A stretch of 49,568 nt of DNA from positions 1 through 49,568 of the forward strand of contig JACAFT010000004.1 in assembly GCA_013378375.1 (NCBI GenBank). The letters are read 5' to 3'. Below are positions 30,286 through 39,460 of the stretch, one piece after another. The translations under genes were made by a program, and so were the position numbers. This stretch comes from Nitrososphaerota archaeon (GTDB lineage: Archaea; Thermoproteota; Nitrososphaeria; Nitrososphaerales; UBA57). Each line of letters starts with the position of its first letter. Position 1 is the first letter of the stretch. The notes under the pieces were generated by a model that ran no database searches, had not been told where the DNA came from, and saw nothing but the letters and a program-made list of their open reading frames with translations.

Positions 30286-31473
30286 ATGGTCGAATCAAAT
30301 AGAAGAGATTTTCTAAAGTATGGAGTTGGAGCAGCTGTTGGTCTAGGAATAGGAGGAGCAGGTTATCTATCTTCAAATTCTCAAGTTGGCACATTAACAA
30401 GTGAACTTGAACAGGTAAAAGAAAAATTACAAGGAAGAGGACATTTAGGCTATGTCTTTGGCGCTGAAGGATCAATTGCAACTATAGATCTAGCTCGTGG
30501 AAAAGTCTTAGCATCATCAGGACCTACTTGGATTGCAGATGCAGGAAGTATAGACTGGTGTAATCATTATCCGGATGCAAATGGAAATGTATGGGGACTT
30601 GTAAGAAAGCAAGGTCAAATAGGATCTACAATTGCAGTTAATCCAACTACGAATGAATTAGTTCACGATGTTCCATTAGAAGGAAGATGGAGAATAAGAT
30701 TAGGAGAAACAGATGAAGAAGGAAAATACGGATACATGTTAAATGGATATATTGCAGATAAATATGATTCAGAAAAATTTAACGCAGCAAGAGATGAATT
30801 TGAAATTCCATATAATGATATAGATCCAGGAGAAATTCATAAAATCGATCTTCTTAAGGGAGAAGTAGTTGATGTATTACCAGTTCCAAAATTCTGTTGT
30901 GACGTTGCAATAGCACCTGATGGTAAATTGTGGCTTGTAAATCAATTAGAGAGTTTGATTTCAGTAGTAGATACAAAGACATTCACAATTGAAGAACATT
31001 TAGGTACAGAATACTCTGACTATGGTGCAAGTATGATAACAATTTCACCCAACAATGATGTTGCATTTATCGAAGTAAATTCAGCAGGAAATTGGTCGAA
31101 TGCAGCTGGATTCAAGAATTTGGATCCGATTGAAATGGTATGGGATATTCAAGCAAAAGAGATGGTTAAAGAGTTTCCATTAGAAGCAGGTCCACGTACT
31201 AGTGAATTTACACCAGATGGAAAATACTGTGTAGTTAGAACCAGACCAGCATCAATAGTATATGATGTAGAAAGCTTGACTGAAGTCACGAGGATAGAAA
31301 TTGAGAATACTGGACATCCAGCATTTAGTCCTGACAGCACTCTTGCGTATATACCAAATCCTGGAGACAGTTCAGTTGATGTATTCGAGGTAGGATCTTT
31401 CAAGAAGGTCGATAGTCTAAAACTACCTTATTCACCATCAAAGATTGTTCCAATCAATACAAACAATTACTAA
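30286..31473 (+). CDS. Tat-exported YncE/YVTN-like beta-propeller protein
   Basis: NRRDFLK twin-arginine motif plus hydrophobic segment; blade repeats APDG, SPN, TPDG, SPD, ISVVD; Cys motifs WCNH, FCCD. Confidence 0.8.
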   Translation: MVESNRRDFLKYGVGAAVGLGIGGAGYLSSNSQVGTLTSELEQVKEKLQGRGHLGYVFGAEGSIATIDLARGKVLASSGPTWIADAGSIDWCNHYPDANGNVWGLVRKQGQIGSTIAVNPTTNELVHDVPLEGRWRIRLGETDEEGKYGYMLNGYIADKYDSEKFNAARDEFEIPYNDIDPGEIHKIDLLKGEVVDVLPVPKFCCDVAIAPDGKLWLVNQLESLISVVDTKTFTIEEHLGTEYSDYGASMITISPNNDVAFIEVNSAGNWSNAAGFKNLDPIEMVWDIQAKEMVKEFPLEAGPRTSEFTPDGKYCVVRTRPASIVYDVESLTEVTRIEIENTGHPAFSPDSTLAYIPNPGDSSVDVFEVGSFKKVDSLKLPYSPSKIVPINTNNY

Positions 31474-31482
31474 GTGGAATAG

Positions 31483-32553
31483 TTGTCAGAACAAAACAAT
31501 CAGAGATTACTATTAGTTAGCTCAATAATAGTTGGGTTAACAATAGGGTTTTTGATTGGAGGAACTTATGTATACCATTTAGACAATGAAGCAGAAATTA
31601 AACAATATCAAGCAGTAGTATTCAATACAATAGGTAAAACAGCAACTGTAATAGATAACATTCAGCTTAAGACTTTAACCAATATAGAAATTAACATTGA
31701 AGAAGGTCAGTACGGAGCACATTTTAATGAAAATAAGAACAAATTATATTTAATTCACGATGGAGAATCAGAATTATTTACTCTAAATCCACAATCATTA
31801 GAAATTGAATCAAGAGTTCGAGTAGGTCCAAATCTTCAACATGCAGGAATATTTGATGAGACTGGAGAAATATTTTTCTTGATAAGTCGTGACTCTAATT
31901 CTTTGATAATGATTAACACAACAACAGATCGAATAATATCGAGAATTGAAGTTCAAGAGCAGCCGCATCATATTGCACTGTTAAATGATGGAGTAGCAGT
32001 TACAAATACAAAATCACTATCAATATCAATTGTTGATATAATAAAAATGGAGGTCAAAGATAACATCAAGATTGATGCAGAACCATTAATGATAGTTTCA
32101 AACAAGAATGATAAAATGTTTGTAGGTGCAATAAATCCTTCAAAAATTTTCTTTATAGATAATAATGAAGTAAAGAACAGCATAAACTTAGAGTCAGATC
32201 CGCACGGAATAGCATTAACGTTAAATGGAGATAATCTTCTTGTGACTATACCTGAAGATGACAAAATATTAATAATAAATATGAAAGGAGAGATAGTGAA
32301 AGAACTAATGACAGGGAGTTTTCCGCATAATATAGATATAGATCCTGATGGAAGATACGGATACATCAGCAACAGTAATGATGCAAGTGTATCAATAATT
32401 GATTTAACAAATTTTGAAATTGTTGCAACATTAGAAACCGGAAACGGATCTCATAATGTACAATTTTACAATATATTGAATAGCAATACTCAATTGAACA
32501 AAATAAAAGACAATAACAAAATAATTAGTGCGAATTTCAATTGTGGGGGTTAG
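31483..32553 (+). CDS. Membrane-anchored YncE/YVTN beta-propeller with His-rich blades and C-terminal CGG
   Basis: N-terminal TM; repeats VGPNLQH, QPHHIA, DPHGIA, FPHNID, GSHNV, VSIID; ends ...ANFNCGG*. Confidence 0.85.
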   Translation: MSEQNNQRLLLVSSIIVGLTIGFLIGGTYVYHLDNEAEIKQYQAVVFNTIGKTATVIDNIQLKTLTNIEINIEEGQYGAHFNENKNKLYLIHDGESELFTLNPQSLEIESRVRVGPNLQHAGIFDETGEIFFLISRDSNSLIMINTTTDRIISRIEVQEQPHHIALLNDGVAVTNTKSLSISIVDIIKMEVKDNIKIDAEPLMIVSNKNDKMFVGAINPSKIFFIDNNEVKNSINLESDPHGIALTLNGDNLLVTIPEDDKILIINMKGEIVKELMTGSFPHNIDIDPDGRYGYISNSNDASVSIIDLTNFEIVATLETGNGSHNVQFYNILNSNTQLNKIKDNNKIISANFNCGG

Positions 32554-32556
32554 AGC

Positions 32557-33654
32557 ATGATAGAATATAATAATATTTTTTCATTAGGCGTGACAGTCTT
32601 GATTGGACTTGGTTTTGGAATACTTCTACAGAAAGGACGTTTTTGTTTTACAAGTGCATTGAGAGATTTTATCGCATTCAAAGATACAAGAGTACTAAAG
32701 GGAGTAATTATCGGAATTATTACAATGATGGCAGGTACTAGTTTAGCATACGTTTTGGGAGTTTCAAGTTCTAATTTCTGGGTATCAAATTATGGATTGT
32801 CAAATATCATAGGAGGATTCATCTTTGGAATAGGCATGGTTTATGGCGGAGGTTGTGCATCTGGAACATTGTATAGAGCAGGAGAAGGATATTTACATTA
32901 TTGGTTAGTGCTAATATCAGCGTGTGTTGGGTATGTAATATTTGCCGCATTATTTTCTGGATTATTTCTACCATACTTTTTCATTCCATTACAAATATTC
33001 GAAGGCTATAGTATAATTAGAAGTTTAGAAGTGTTAGCTCCTCTAGTACCAATATCAATAATATTAGGATTAGTAATTTATCTAAGAAAGAAAAATCAAT
33101 TAGATTTATCACAAGAAATAAGCAAGGTTCAATTTTCAAGTATTACGGTTAAGAAAATAAAATCAGAATGGGATGCAAAAATTGTTGGTTTAGGAATGGG
33201 AATACTAGCAACATTTTGGTTTGTTGTTTGGGGCACATTAAGTGTTACAGGTCCACAAGCAAGATGGGTAGGTTTAGCATACAGCAACATAGCAGGAATA
33301 GAAGTATTAGAACAAAATATGTACTGGAACAATGTTGTATTCAATGAAGGAAATTTTGCAATTAGTTTAGACATGATAATGTTAGTGTGTTTAATTTTTG
33401 GAGCATTTATATCTGCATACATGAGTGGAGATTTTAAAATAAGAACAATTAAATCTAAGAGAATACCCAATGCAGTATTAGGAGGACTAGTTATGGGATT
33501 TGGATCAAGAATGGCACCAGGATGTAATATTAGTAACACATTTAGCGGATTAGCATTTCTATCAGTTGCAGGATTTATAACATCATTAGGTTTAATATTA
33601 GGAGTATATGTTGCAACACATTGGATGTTTAGAAAAACAGGTTGCGCAATTTAG
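32557..33654 (+). CDS. YeeE/YedE-family sulfur-compound (thiosulfate) transporter
   Basis: RFCF, GG.IFGIGM...GGCASG.L, GG..MGFG.R.A.GCN (three conserved Cys); multi-TM. Confidence 0.93.
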   Translation: MIEYNNIFSLGVTVLIGLGFGILLQKGRFCFTSALRDFIAFKDTRVLKGVIIGIITMMAGTSLAYVLGVSSSNFWVSNYGLSNIIGGFIFGIGMVYGGGCASGTLYRAGEGYLHYWLVLISACVGYVIFAALFSGLFLPYFFIPLQIFEGYSIIRSLEVLAPLVPISIILGLVIYLRKKNQLDLSQEISKVQFSSITVKKIKSEWDAKIVGLGMGILATFWFVVWGTLSVTGPQARWVGLAYSNIAGIEVLEQNMYWNNVVFNEGNFAISLDMIMLVCLIFGAFISAYMSGDFKIRTIKSKRIPNAVLGGLVMGFGSRMAPGCNISNTFSGLAFLSVAGFITSLGLILGVYVATHWMFRKTGCAI

Positions 33655-33666
33655 GAGTAATAAATA

Positions 33667-33945
33667 ATGTCAAAAGAAATAGAAATATCAAATGAGGAAA
33701 TTACTGAATTGGAAACCAATTCGAGTTCAATAGACATGGAAGGAGAAGTTTGTCCTTATCCTCAAATCATTGCGCGAGAAGAACTAAAGAAAATAGAACC
33801 TGGAGGAATTGTAATTATTAAAACAGATCATGTAATGGCAACTAAAGCAGTACCTCAATCAGTAATTGAAGAAATATCAAAATATGGTATTTGGAAATCA
33901 GGAGCAGGTCAATATAAAATAGTATTGTGGAAAAAAAGCAAATAA
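33667..33945 (+). CDS. TusA/YeeD-family sulfur carrier (copy 3, partner of YeeE)
   Basis: IDMEGEVCPYP, TDH..A...VP; directly after YeeE; GGAG upstream. Confidence 0.88.
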   Translation: MSKEIEISNEEITELETNSSSIDMEGEVCPYPQIIAREELKKIEPGGIVIIKTDHVMATKAVPQSVIEEISKYGIWKSGAGQYKIVLWKKSK

Positions 33946-33995
33946 TTTCACAACAAACAGTATATTAAACAGGCATTTGAGTAAATAGCTGAGAT

Positions 33996-35498
33996 TTGTC
34001 ACTTAGAATTGCATATGCTGGAAGTATACAAATTATAACTCAATTCGCTACACTGTTTACAGGTCTAGCTTTTGTCATCATAATTACACGAAACTTATCA
34101 GTAGAAGAATTTGGGCTTTGGCAGGTCTTAGGAAACACAATTGGACTGGCGGTAATCCCAATATTCCCAATTGGATACTGGGCTCTAAGGAATATTTCAC
34201 GTGGAGAAGATGTAGGAAAAACTGCAGTATATTCTGGTATTATATCCATTCCAATAATCATTCTCGGATATATTATACTATTAACGTTTGCATCTACAAT
34301 ATTTGAAGCGGGATTTAATTCACCAATATTATATCTGGCAGTTATTGCAATGGTTCAAATACCATTTTTAGTATTAATTGAACCATTCAAATCAATAATA
34401 CGCGGAACACGTCCTCAATTTATAGGTTATTCATCATTAGGTTTTGAAATTGCAAAAGTGAGTGTAGCCTATTACTTAGTACATATCAACAGTTTATCAT
34501 TAATCGGCGCAATAATATCATTAGCTGCGGCACAACTAATTCAAGTTCTTATCATGTATTATGGTTCGTATAATAGAATTCGTGGTAAATTTCAAATTAA
34601 TGTAGCACGTTCTTGGATTTCAGCATCATGGATTCCATTTTTTGGTTTTGGCGTCAGTAGAATATTTTTATTTGATTCTTTAATTGTTTCTCTACTTGCA
34701 GGTACAACTATAATAGTTGGACTTTATGCAGCATGTAAGACATTTACATCAATAGTAAGATATAGCGAAATATTTCAACGAATTTTGTATCCAAAATTAA
34801 TGAAAGATAAACTTTCCAGTGATGTCACAATGACTCTAAAACTACAAACATTGGTACAAGTTCCACTCGCTATAGGAGCTTTCATGCTTGCAGAACCGCT
34901 TTTAGGTATATTAAAAGCAGATTATGTACAAGTTGCAAATGTACTTCGTCTATTAATCATTGTAGCAATCTTTGAAGGAATAGAAAATGCAGTGCAAAAC
35001 GTTCTAATAGGTTCAGAGGATTCAGACAGAGATATCAATAATCTTAAATTTAAAATCTTAAGGAAAACATGGTTATTCAAACTCCCACTTATTGACGTAT
35101 TCAAATCTTTACTTTATGTAGGAGGATTGGCCGCAATAATACTTATTTTCAAAAATACAACAGACAACATTACTTTAGCTTTATACTGGGGAATTCTTTA
35201 TGCAGGAATAGTAATTCCATTTACAATTTTTAAATACATAGCAGCTCGTTCAGTAATGCCTTTTGTCTTTCCAAAAACTCAAGCAATAATATACTCAATT
35301 GGTGGTGTAATAATGGTGTTATTCTTACAATTTTATAAAAATACTTTTCAATGGACGCAATCAGGAATATTAGAAACAATCATATATATAATTCCTCCAG
35401 GAATAATTTCAGTAGGAATCTATGTAATTTTTGTATATATCTTTGAAAAAGACTTTAGAATACTTGTTCAAAATCTTGTAAAAAATATATCCAACTAA
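33996..35498 (+). CDS. Oligosaccharide flippase (Wzx/MOP family)
   Basis: TRNLS.EEFG.W, about 13-14 hydrophobic segments; starts the glycan cluster. Confidence 0.8.
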   Translation: MSLRIAYAGSIQIITQFATLFTGLAFVIIITRNLSVEEFGLWQVLGNTIGLAVIPIFPIGYWALRNISRGEDVGKTAVYSGIISIPIIILGYIILLTFASTIFEAGFNSPILYLAVIAMVQIPFLVLIEPFKSIIRGTRPQFIGYSSLGFEIAKVSVAYYLVHINSLSLIGAIISLAAAQLIQVLIMYYGSYNRIRGKFQINVARSWISASWIPFFGFGVSRIFLFDSLIVSLLAGTTIIVGLYAACKTFTSIVRYSEIFQRILYPKLMKDKLSSDVTMTLKLQTLVQVPLAIGAFMLAEPLLGILKADYVQVANVLRLLIIVAIFEGIENAVQNVLIGSEDSDRDINNLKFKILRKTWLFKLPLIDVFKSLLYVGGLAAIILIFKNTTDNITLALYWGILYAGIVIPFTIFKYIAARSVMPFVFPKTQAIIYSIGGVIMVLFLQFYKNTFQWTQSGILETIIYIIPPGIISVGIYVIFVYIFEKDFRILVQNLVKNISN

Positions 35499-35508
35499 AG
35501 AACAAAAA

Positions 35509-36126
35509 TTATTTCCATGCAACAATAGTACCTGCAAGCGCACAAAACCGTTGATTAACTGCACTTAATGAAAATATGTAAGGAGTAATAATTGAATCCA
35601 ACGTAGTCTGTTTTTCACGGCCCTTAATTCCGAAGCCTCTCACATTATAACCACGTGTCACAAAATCCTTGTATATCCAAGAAGACTTATGTCGCAATGG
35701 TTCAATGTCAGGATCATTACAGAGACTTTTTTTGTGTGAATGTAATGTTGTAGGTGCAGTAACAATATGATGTTTAGAAATTCTTTCAAGTTCAGATAAT
35801 AAATGATTGCCTTCATTTTTTTCAAGATGTGCTAAAACACCACTAGCAATTCCAATATCAATACTTTTATCGTTATGAGGTAATTTGCTTTTTCCAATAT
35901 CAAGTTTATTCATCGTTTCATAAGCATATCCAAGAGACTTTGCATAATCCAAAGCTGGTTGATAAGAATCATAACCATATATTTCAATAGCCTTGTGTGG
36001 ATGATCTAATTTTATTGCAAAACCTAACCGTCCAAAACCCATACCAGCATCAACAATTTTACAAGATTCAAGATTATCAATCCAAGAATTTACATGATGA
36101 TTTACATATCTGTTCCACAAAAACAC
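35509..36126 (-). CDS. Class I SAM-dependent methyltransferase
   Basis: IVDAGMGFG, LP..D.S.D, VLAHL, H.S.W. Confidence 0.8.
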   Translation of the reverse strand: MFLWNRYVNHHVNSWIDNLESCKIVDAGMGFGRLGFAIKLDHPHKAIEIYGYDSYQPALDYAKSLGYAYETMNKLDIGKSKLPHNDKSIDIGIASGVLAHLEKNEGNHLLSELERISKHHIVTAPTTLHSHKKSLCNDPDIEPLRHKSSWIYKDFVTRGYNVRGFGIKGREKQTTLDSIITPYIFSLSAVNQRFCALAGTIVAWK

Positions 36127-36127
36127 A

Positions 36128-37342
36128 TCACCTATGATTAATTACTCTCAAATTTGGCATAGGAATAATATAATTCAAATTTGGATGTTTTTCTTCAACT
36201 TTAGCAATAATTTCATCTGCGTAATTCCATGCAAAAATCATTAAATAATCTGGCGTTTCATCTTGTAATATTTCTGGACCTGTTATCGGAATATGACTGC
36301 CAGGTGTAAATAGTCCTTGTTTTAATGGGGAATCCTCTATAATTAATTCAACATTACTATTGTCTAATCCAATTGAATTAATCATAGTACTAGATTTTGC
36401 TGGCGCCCCATAACCAAAAATTCTTTTTTTCTCGTTGCTTAATCTGTTAAATAATTCTCGAATCTCATTAATGTTATTCTGAAGTTGGTCATTAAATTTC
36501 TCCAATGTATGTAAATCATCGATTCCGTTTTGTTTTTCTTCTTTTAGTAAATCGTCAACACTATGATGTCTAGGATTATTTGTTTTAGAAATATAACCAC
36601 GGATTGATCCTCCGTGTGTTGGAATCTTTTCAACTTTGTATACATTCATATTATGTTTATCAAATAAATTAATCATTGAATGTACAGTATAATACAACAC
36701 ATGTTCATGATATATATTGTCAAACGTCATATCTTTAATCATATCTGCAAAATACTGTACTTCGACAATGTAAGTTCCATTTTCTGACAATAATGACTTT
36801 ATATTTTCAATGATATCATGATATTCGTCCAAATGTGCAAAAACATTTGATGCAACGACTATATCAGCATGACCGCTATCGGAAATAATTTTATCAACAA
36901 TCTCTTTATTAAAATACGAACATAGAGTTGTAAGTCCATTAACATTAGCTTGTTTAGCCAGATTAGCCGCAGGTTCTACTCCAATTGCCTCACAACCCAG
37001 TTCTAACAATGGTTTTAATAACACTCCATCATTTGAACCAATATCCACTACGATTTTCGGATTAAATTCAGATTTTAACTGATTAGCTAATTCTGTGAAA
37101 TGATTTCTCAATCCTCCTGAAATAGAAGACGCATATGCATAATCTAGAAATAATTTATCCCTAGGAATATAACTCTCTTCAGTCAATTGTACAAGCAAAC
37201 AATTCTTACAACAAGTCACGTCTAAAGGATAAGAAATTTCTTTATCAAAGTCATCTTCTTTAAGAAAGGCATTTGCAGGTGGTTGACGTTTTAATGAAAT
37301 GAATTCTAAGAATTCTTTGTGATTACATGATCTGCATCTCAA
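36128..37342 (-). CDS. NDP-hexose C-methyltransferase (Zn-binding N-domain), paralog 1
   Basis: CRSC, CKNC.LVQL, DIGSNDG, NVFAH, YHEH, HGGS.R, GYGAPAK, AWNY. Confidence 0.92.
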   Translation of the reverse strand: MRCRSCNHKEFLEFISLKRQPPANAFLKEDDFDKEISYPLDVTCCKNCLLVQLTEESYIPRDKLFLDYAYASSISGGLRNHFTELANQLKSEFNPKIVVDIGSNDGVLLKPLLELGCEAIGVEPAANLAKQANVNGLTTLCSYFNKEIVDKIISDSGHADIVVASNVFAHLDEYHDIIENIKSLLSENGTYIVEVQYFADMIKDMTFDNIYHEHVLYYTVHSMINLFDKHNMNVYKVEKIPTHGGSIRGYISKTNNPRHHSVDDLLKEEKQNGIDDLHTLEKFNDQLQNNINEIRELFNRLSNEKKRIFGYGAPAKSSTMINSIGLDNSNVELIIEDSPLKQGLFTPGSHIPITGPEILQDETPDYLMIFAWNYADEIIAKVEEKHPNLNYIIPMPNLRVINHR

Positions 37343-38064
37343 ACTTCCGGCACCCTGATTATTGGTTCTTGGTCTTTTATAATAACAACATCTGAACCAT
37401 TAGATACATCAAGATCACCCAACAATATCCTTGAGATTATATCAGTGATTCTCGACGTAGTTTGTTGATTTTGTGCATCACTCTGTCCAAATACCATCGC
37501 CCTCATTCCAGTATTAACTCCTGCAGGAGAGATTGAAATACACTTAATATCTGTATCTTGAACTTCTTTTGCCGCAGATTCTGTTAAACCTCTTACAGCA
37601 AATTTCGCAGCAGTATATGCTGATAATTTAGGTACGGCTCGTCTTCCAGCACGTGACGACATGTTAATTATTGTTCCTGAATTATTTCGTTTCATCACAG
37701 GCATCACATGTTTTATCATATTGAATGTAGGTAGTAAATTATCTTTTACAATGGAACTTAACATATCTGAACTAATATCTTCAACTAAAGCTAAATTATG
37801 CGCTACCCCTGCGTTGTTGATTAGAATATCTATACTATCTTCTTTTTGTATAATTCCTTTAATATATTTCTCGACGTTTTTTTCATTAGATAAATCTAAT
37901 AATTCAAAAATACATTCCTGTTTGTCTTTTGTTGTTATCTCTCTTTCGTTTCTTGATGAAGCATACACAATTGCTCCTTCTTGAATAAAATATCGTAATA
38001 ATGCATGTCCAATTCCACTAGAAGATCCAGTCAGAATAATTCTTTTATTTTCAAATGCTTTCAT
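37339..38064 (-). CDS. Short-chain dehydrogenase/reductase
   Basis: TGSSSGIG, INNAG, SS, YTAAK, P...NT.M. Confidence 0.92.
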   Translation of the reverse strand: MKAFENKRIILTGSSSGIGHALLRYFIQEGAIVYASSRNEREITTKDKQECIFELLDLSNEKNVEKYIKGIIQKEDSIDILINNAGVAHNLALVEDISSDMLSSIVKDNLLPTFNMIKHVMPVMKRNNSGTIINMSSRAGRRAVPKLSAYTAAKFAVRGLTESAAKEVQDTDIKCISISPAGVNTGMRAMVFGQSDAQNQQTTSRITDIISRILLGDLDVSNGSDVVIIKDQEPIIRVPEV

Positions 38065-38432
38065 ATTATTTCATGAGGTATTGTGTCTTTGTCATATTTA
38101 CCTTTAAGCCGTTTCTGTGTTGTCATTGCAAGAAATATAGAACTCTCGAGGAACTTCATTGCGTGTGGAACACCAGGTGCACTATAGACCATTTCACCAG
38201 CTTTCACAGTTACTTTCTCAACTTTTCCACTTTTTCTCTCTTCGTAATATTTCATCTTTCCCTTAATGATATAGGACCAATGTGAGTCTCTTTTATGATA
38301 ATGATTTGCCCTTATCGCACCTTTTTTTGAAGTAATAATTACAATACTGGTTACAGGTTTCTCTAAAATATTTGTTATCTTCCCTCTTTTATCGATAAAA
38401 GATTCTTTTATTTTGATTACTTTAATTGTCAT
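38061..38432 (-). CDS. Cupin-fold sugar isomerase/epimerase (FdtA/WxcM/RmlC-like)
   Basis: F.D.RG.I, RANHYH, PG..HA. ATG at 38432 overlaps the upstream stop (TAATG), so it is preferred over 38450. Confidence 0.8.
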   Translation of the reverse strand: MTIKVIKIKESFIDKRGKITNILEKPVTSIVIITSKKGAIRANHYHKRDSHWSYIIKGKMKYYEERKSGKVEKVTVKAGEMVYSAPGVPHAMKFLESSIFLAMTTQKRLKGKYDKDTIPHEII

Positions 38433-39343
38433 TATAAATTCCTCATCCATTGTACTGTATTTTCTATACCTTCTTCAAAGGATACCTTTGGAGAATATCC
38501 AAAATCCCTTTTTGCTTTGTCAATTGATAGCGATAATTTCATACCTTTCTCGCCAGATCGCCATGGTAAATTCTTAATAGAAGAGCTGCTATTTGTTTTT
38601 TCCAAAACAGTATCAACGATTTCTTTAACAGAATATTCTTTTCCATATGCAATATTGTATACGCCAGAAAGTTCATTATTTGTAATTGAGATAATTGAAT
38701 TCACCAAGTTTTGTACATAATTAAAATCAGTTGATTGACTACCATCACCTTCTATAGTAATTGGAGAATTTTCAAGAGCTTGTTTAATAAATATAGGAAT
38801 AGCTTGTTGTAATCGAGAATACGGACCAAAAAGTCCACTGCTTCTAATAATTGTTATTGGCAATCCAAATGAAGATGAATAACTTTGACACATCAGATCC
38901 GCCGCTGCTTTACTTGCCCCATAAGGATCAGTAGGTCGGAGAGGTTCCTCCTCGACGATAGGTAAATTAGTAGATTTTCCATAAACATTCTTACTACTCA
39001 TATAAACAAGACGAGTATTTTGTTTATTCCTCAATAATTCTAGTACATTAATCAGGCCACTAGTGTTAACATAAAATGAATATTTTGGAGAAGAAAGAAC
39101 AAGAGGAACATCAGCTTGTGCAGCCAAGAAAACAATACAATCAACATTAACTAAATCTTCATCGTTAAGATCTTCTGCACTTTTCCAGAGATAATGAATT
39201 GAATCCATATACGGTTTTATTCTAAGAGCTGATTCCGGCCCAATTATATCAGAAACAGTTACATCGATTTGTTCGTCGAGTAAGCTCTTGATTAGATGTG
39301 AACCTAAAAATCCAGATCCTCCCACAACTAGGAATTTTTTCAT
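38432..39343 (-). CDS. NAD-dependent nucleotide-sugar epimerase/dehydratase
   Basis: GGSGFLG, SS..VYG, YGASK, GDG.Q..DF. Confidence 0.93.
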   Translation of the reverse strand: MKKFLVVGGSGFLGSHLIKSLLDEQIDVTVSDIIGPESALRIKPYMDSIHYLWKSAEDLNDEDLVNVDCIVFLAAQADVPLVLSSPKYSFYVNTSGLINVLELLRNKQNTRLVYMSSKNVYGKSTNLPIVEEEPLRPTDPYGASKAAADLMCQSYSSSFGLPITIIRSSGLFGPYSRLQQAIPIFIKQALENSPITIEGDGSQSTDFNYVQNLVNSIISITNNELSGVYNIAYGKEYSVKEIVDTVLEKTNSSSSIKNLPWRSGEKGMKLSLSIDKAKRDFGYSPKVSFEEGIENTVQWMRNL

Positions 39344-39460
39344 TGTTAAGTTAGAAATTCCCAGACATTATATATGAATCTTCAGGATTGTCGTGTTAAT
39401 AATTCCAAAATTTTGGTTATAAACAGAAATTTCATATTGTTAGACAGGTATGAATAATAT

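Noticed and set aside
30286-32553. Propellers as NirS or NosZ
   Set aside because: No CxxCH heme motif, no CuA domain, too short, and no nir/nos accessory genes.
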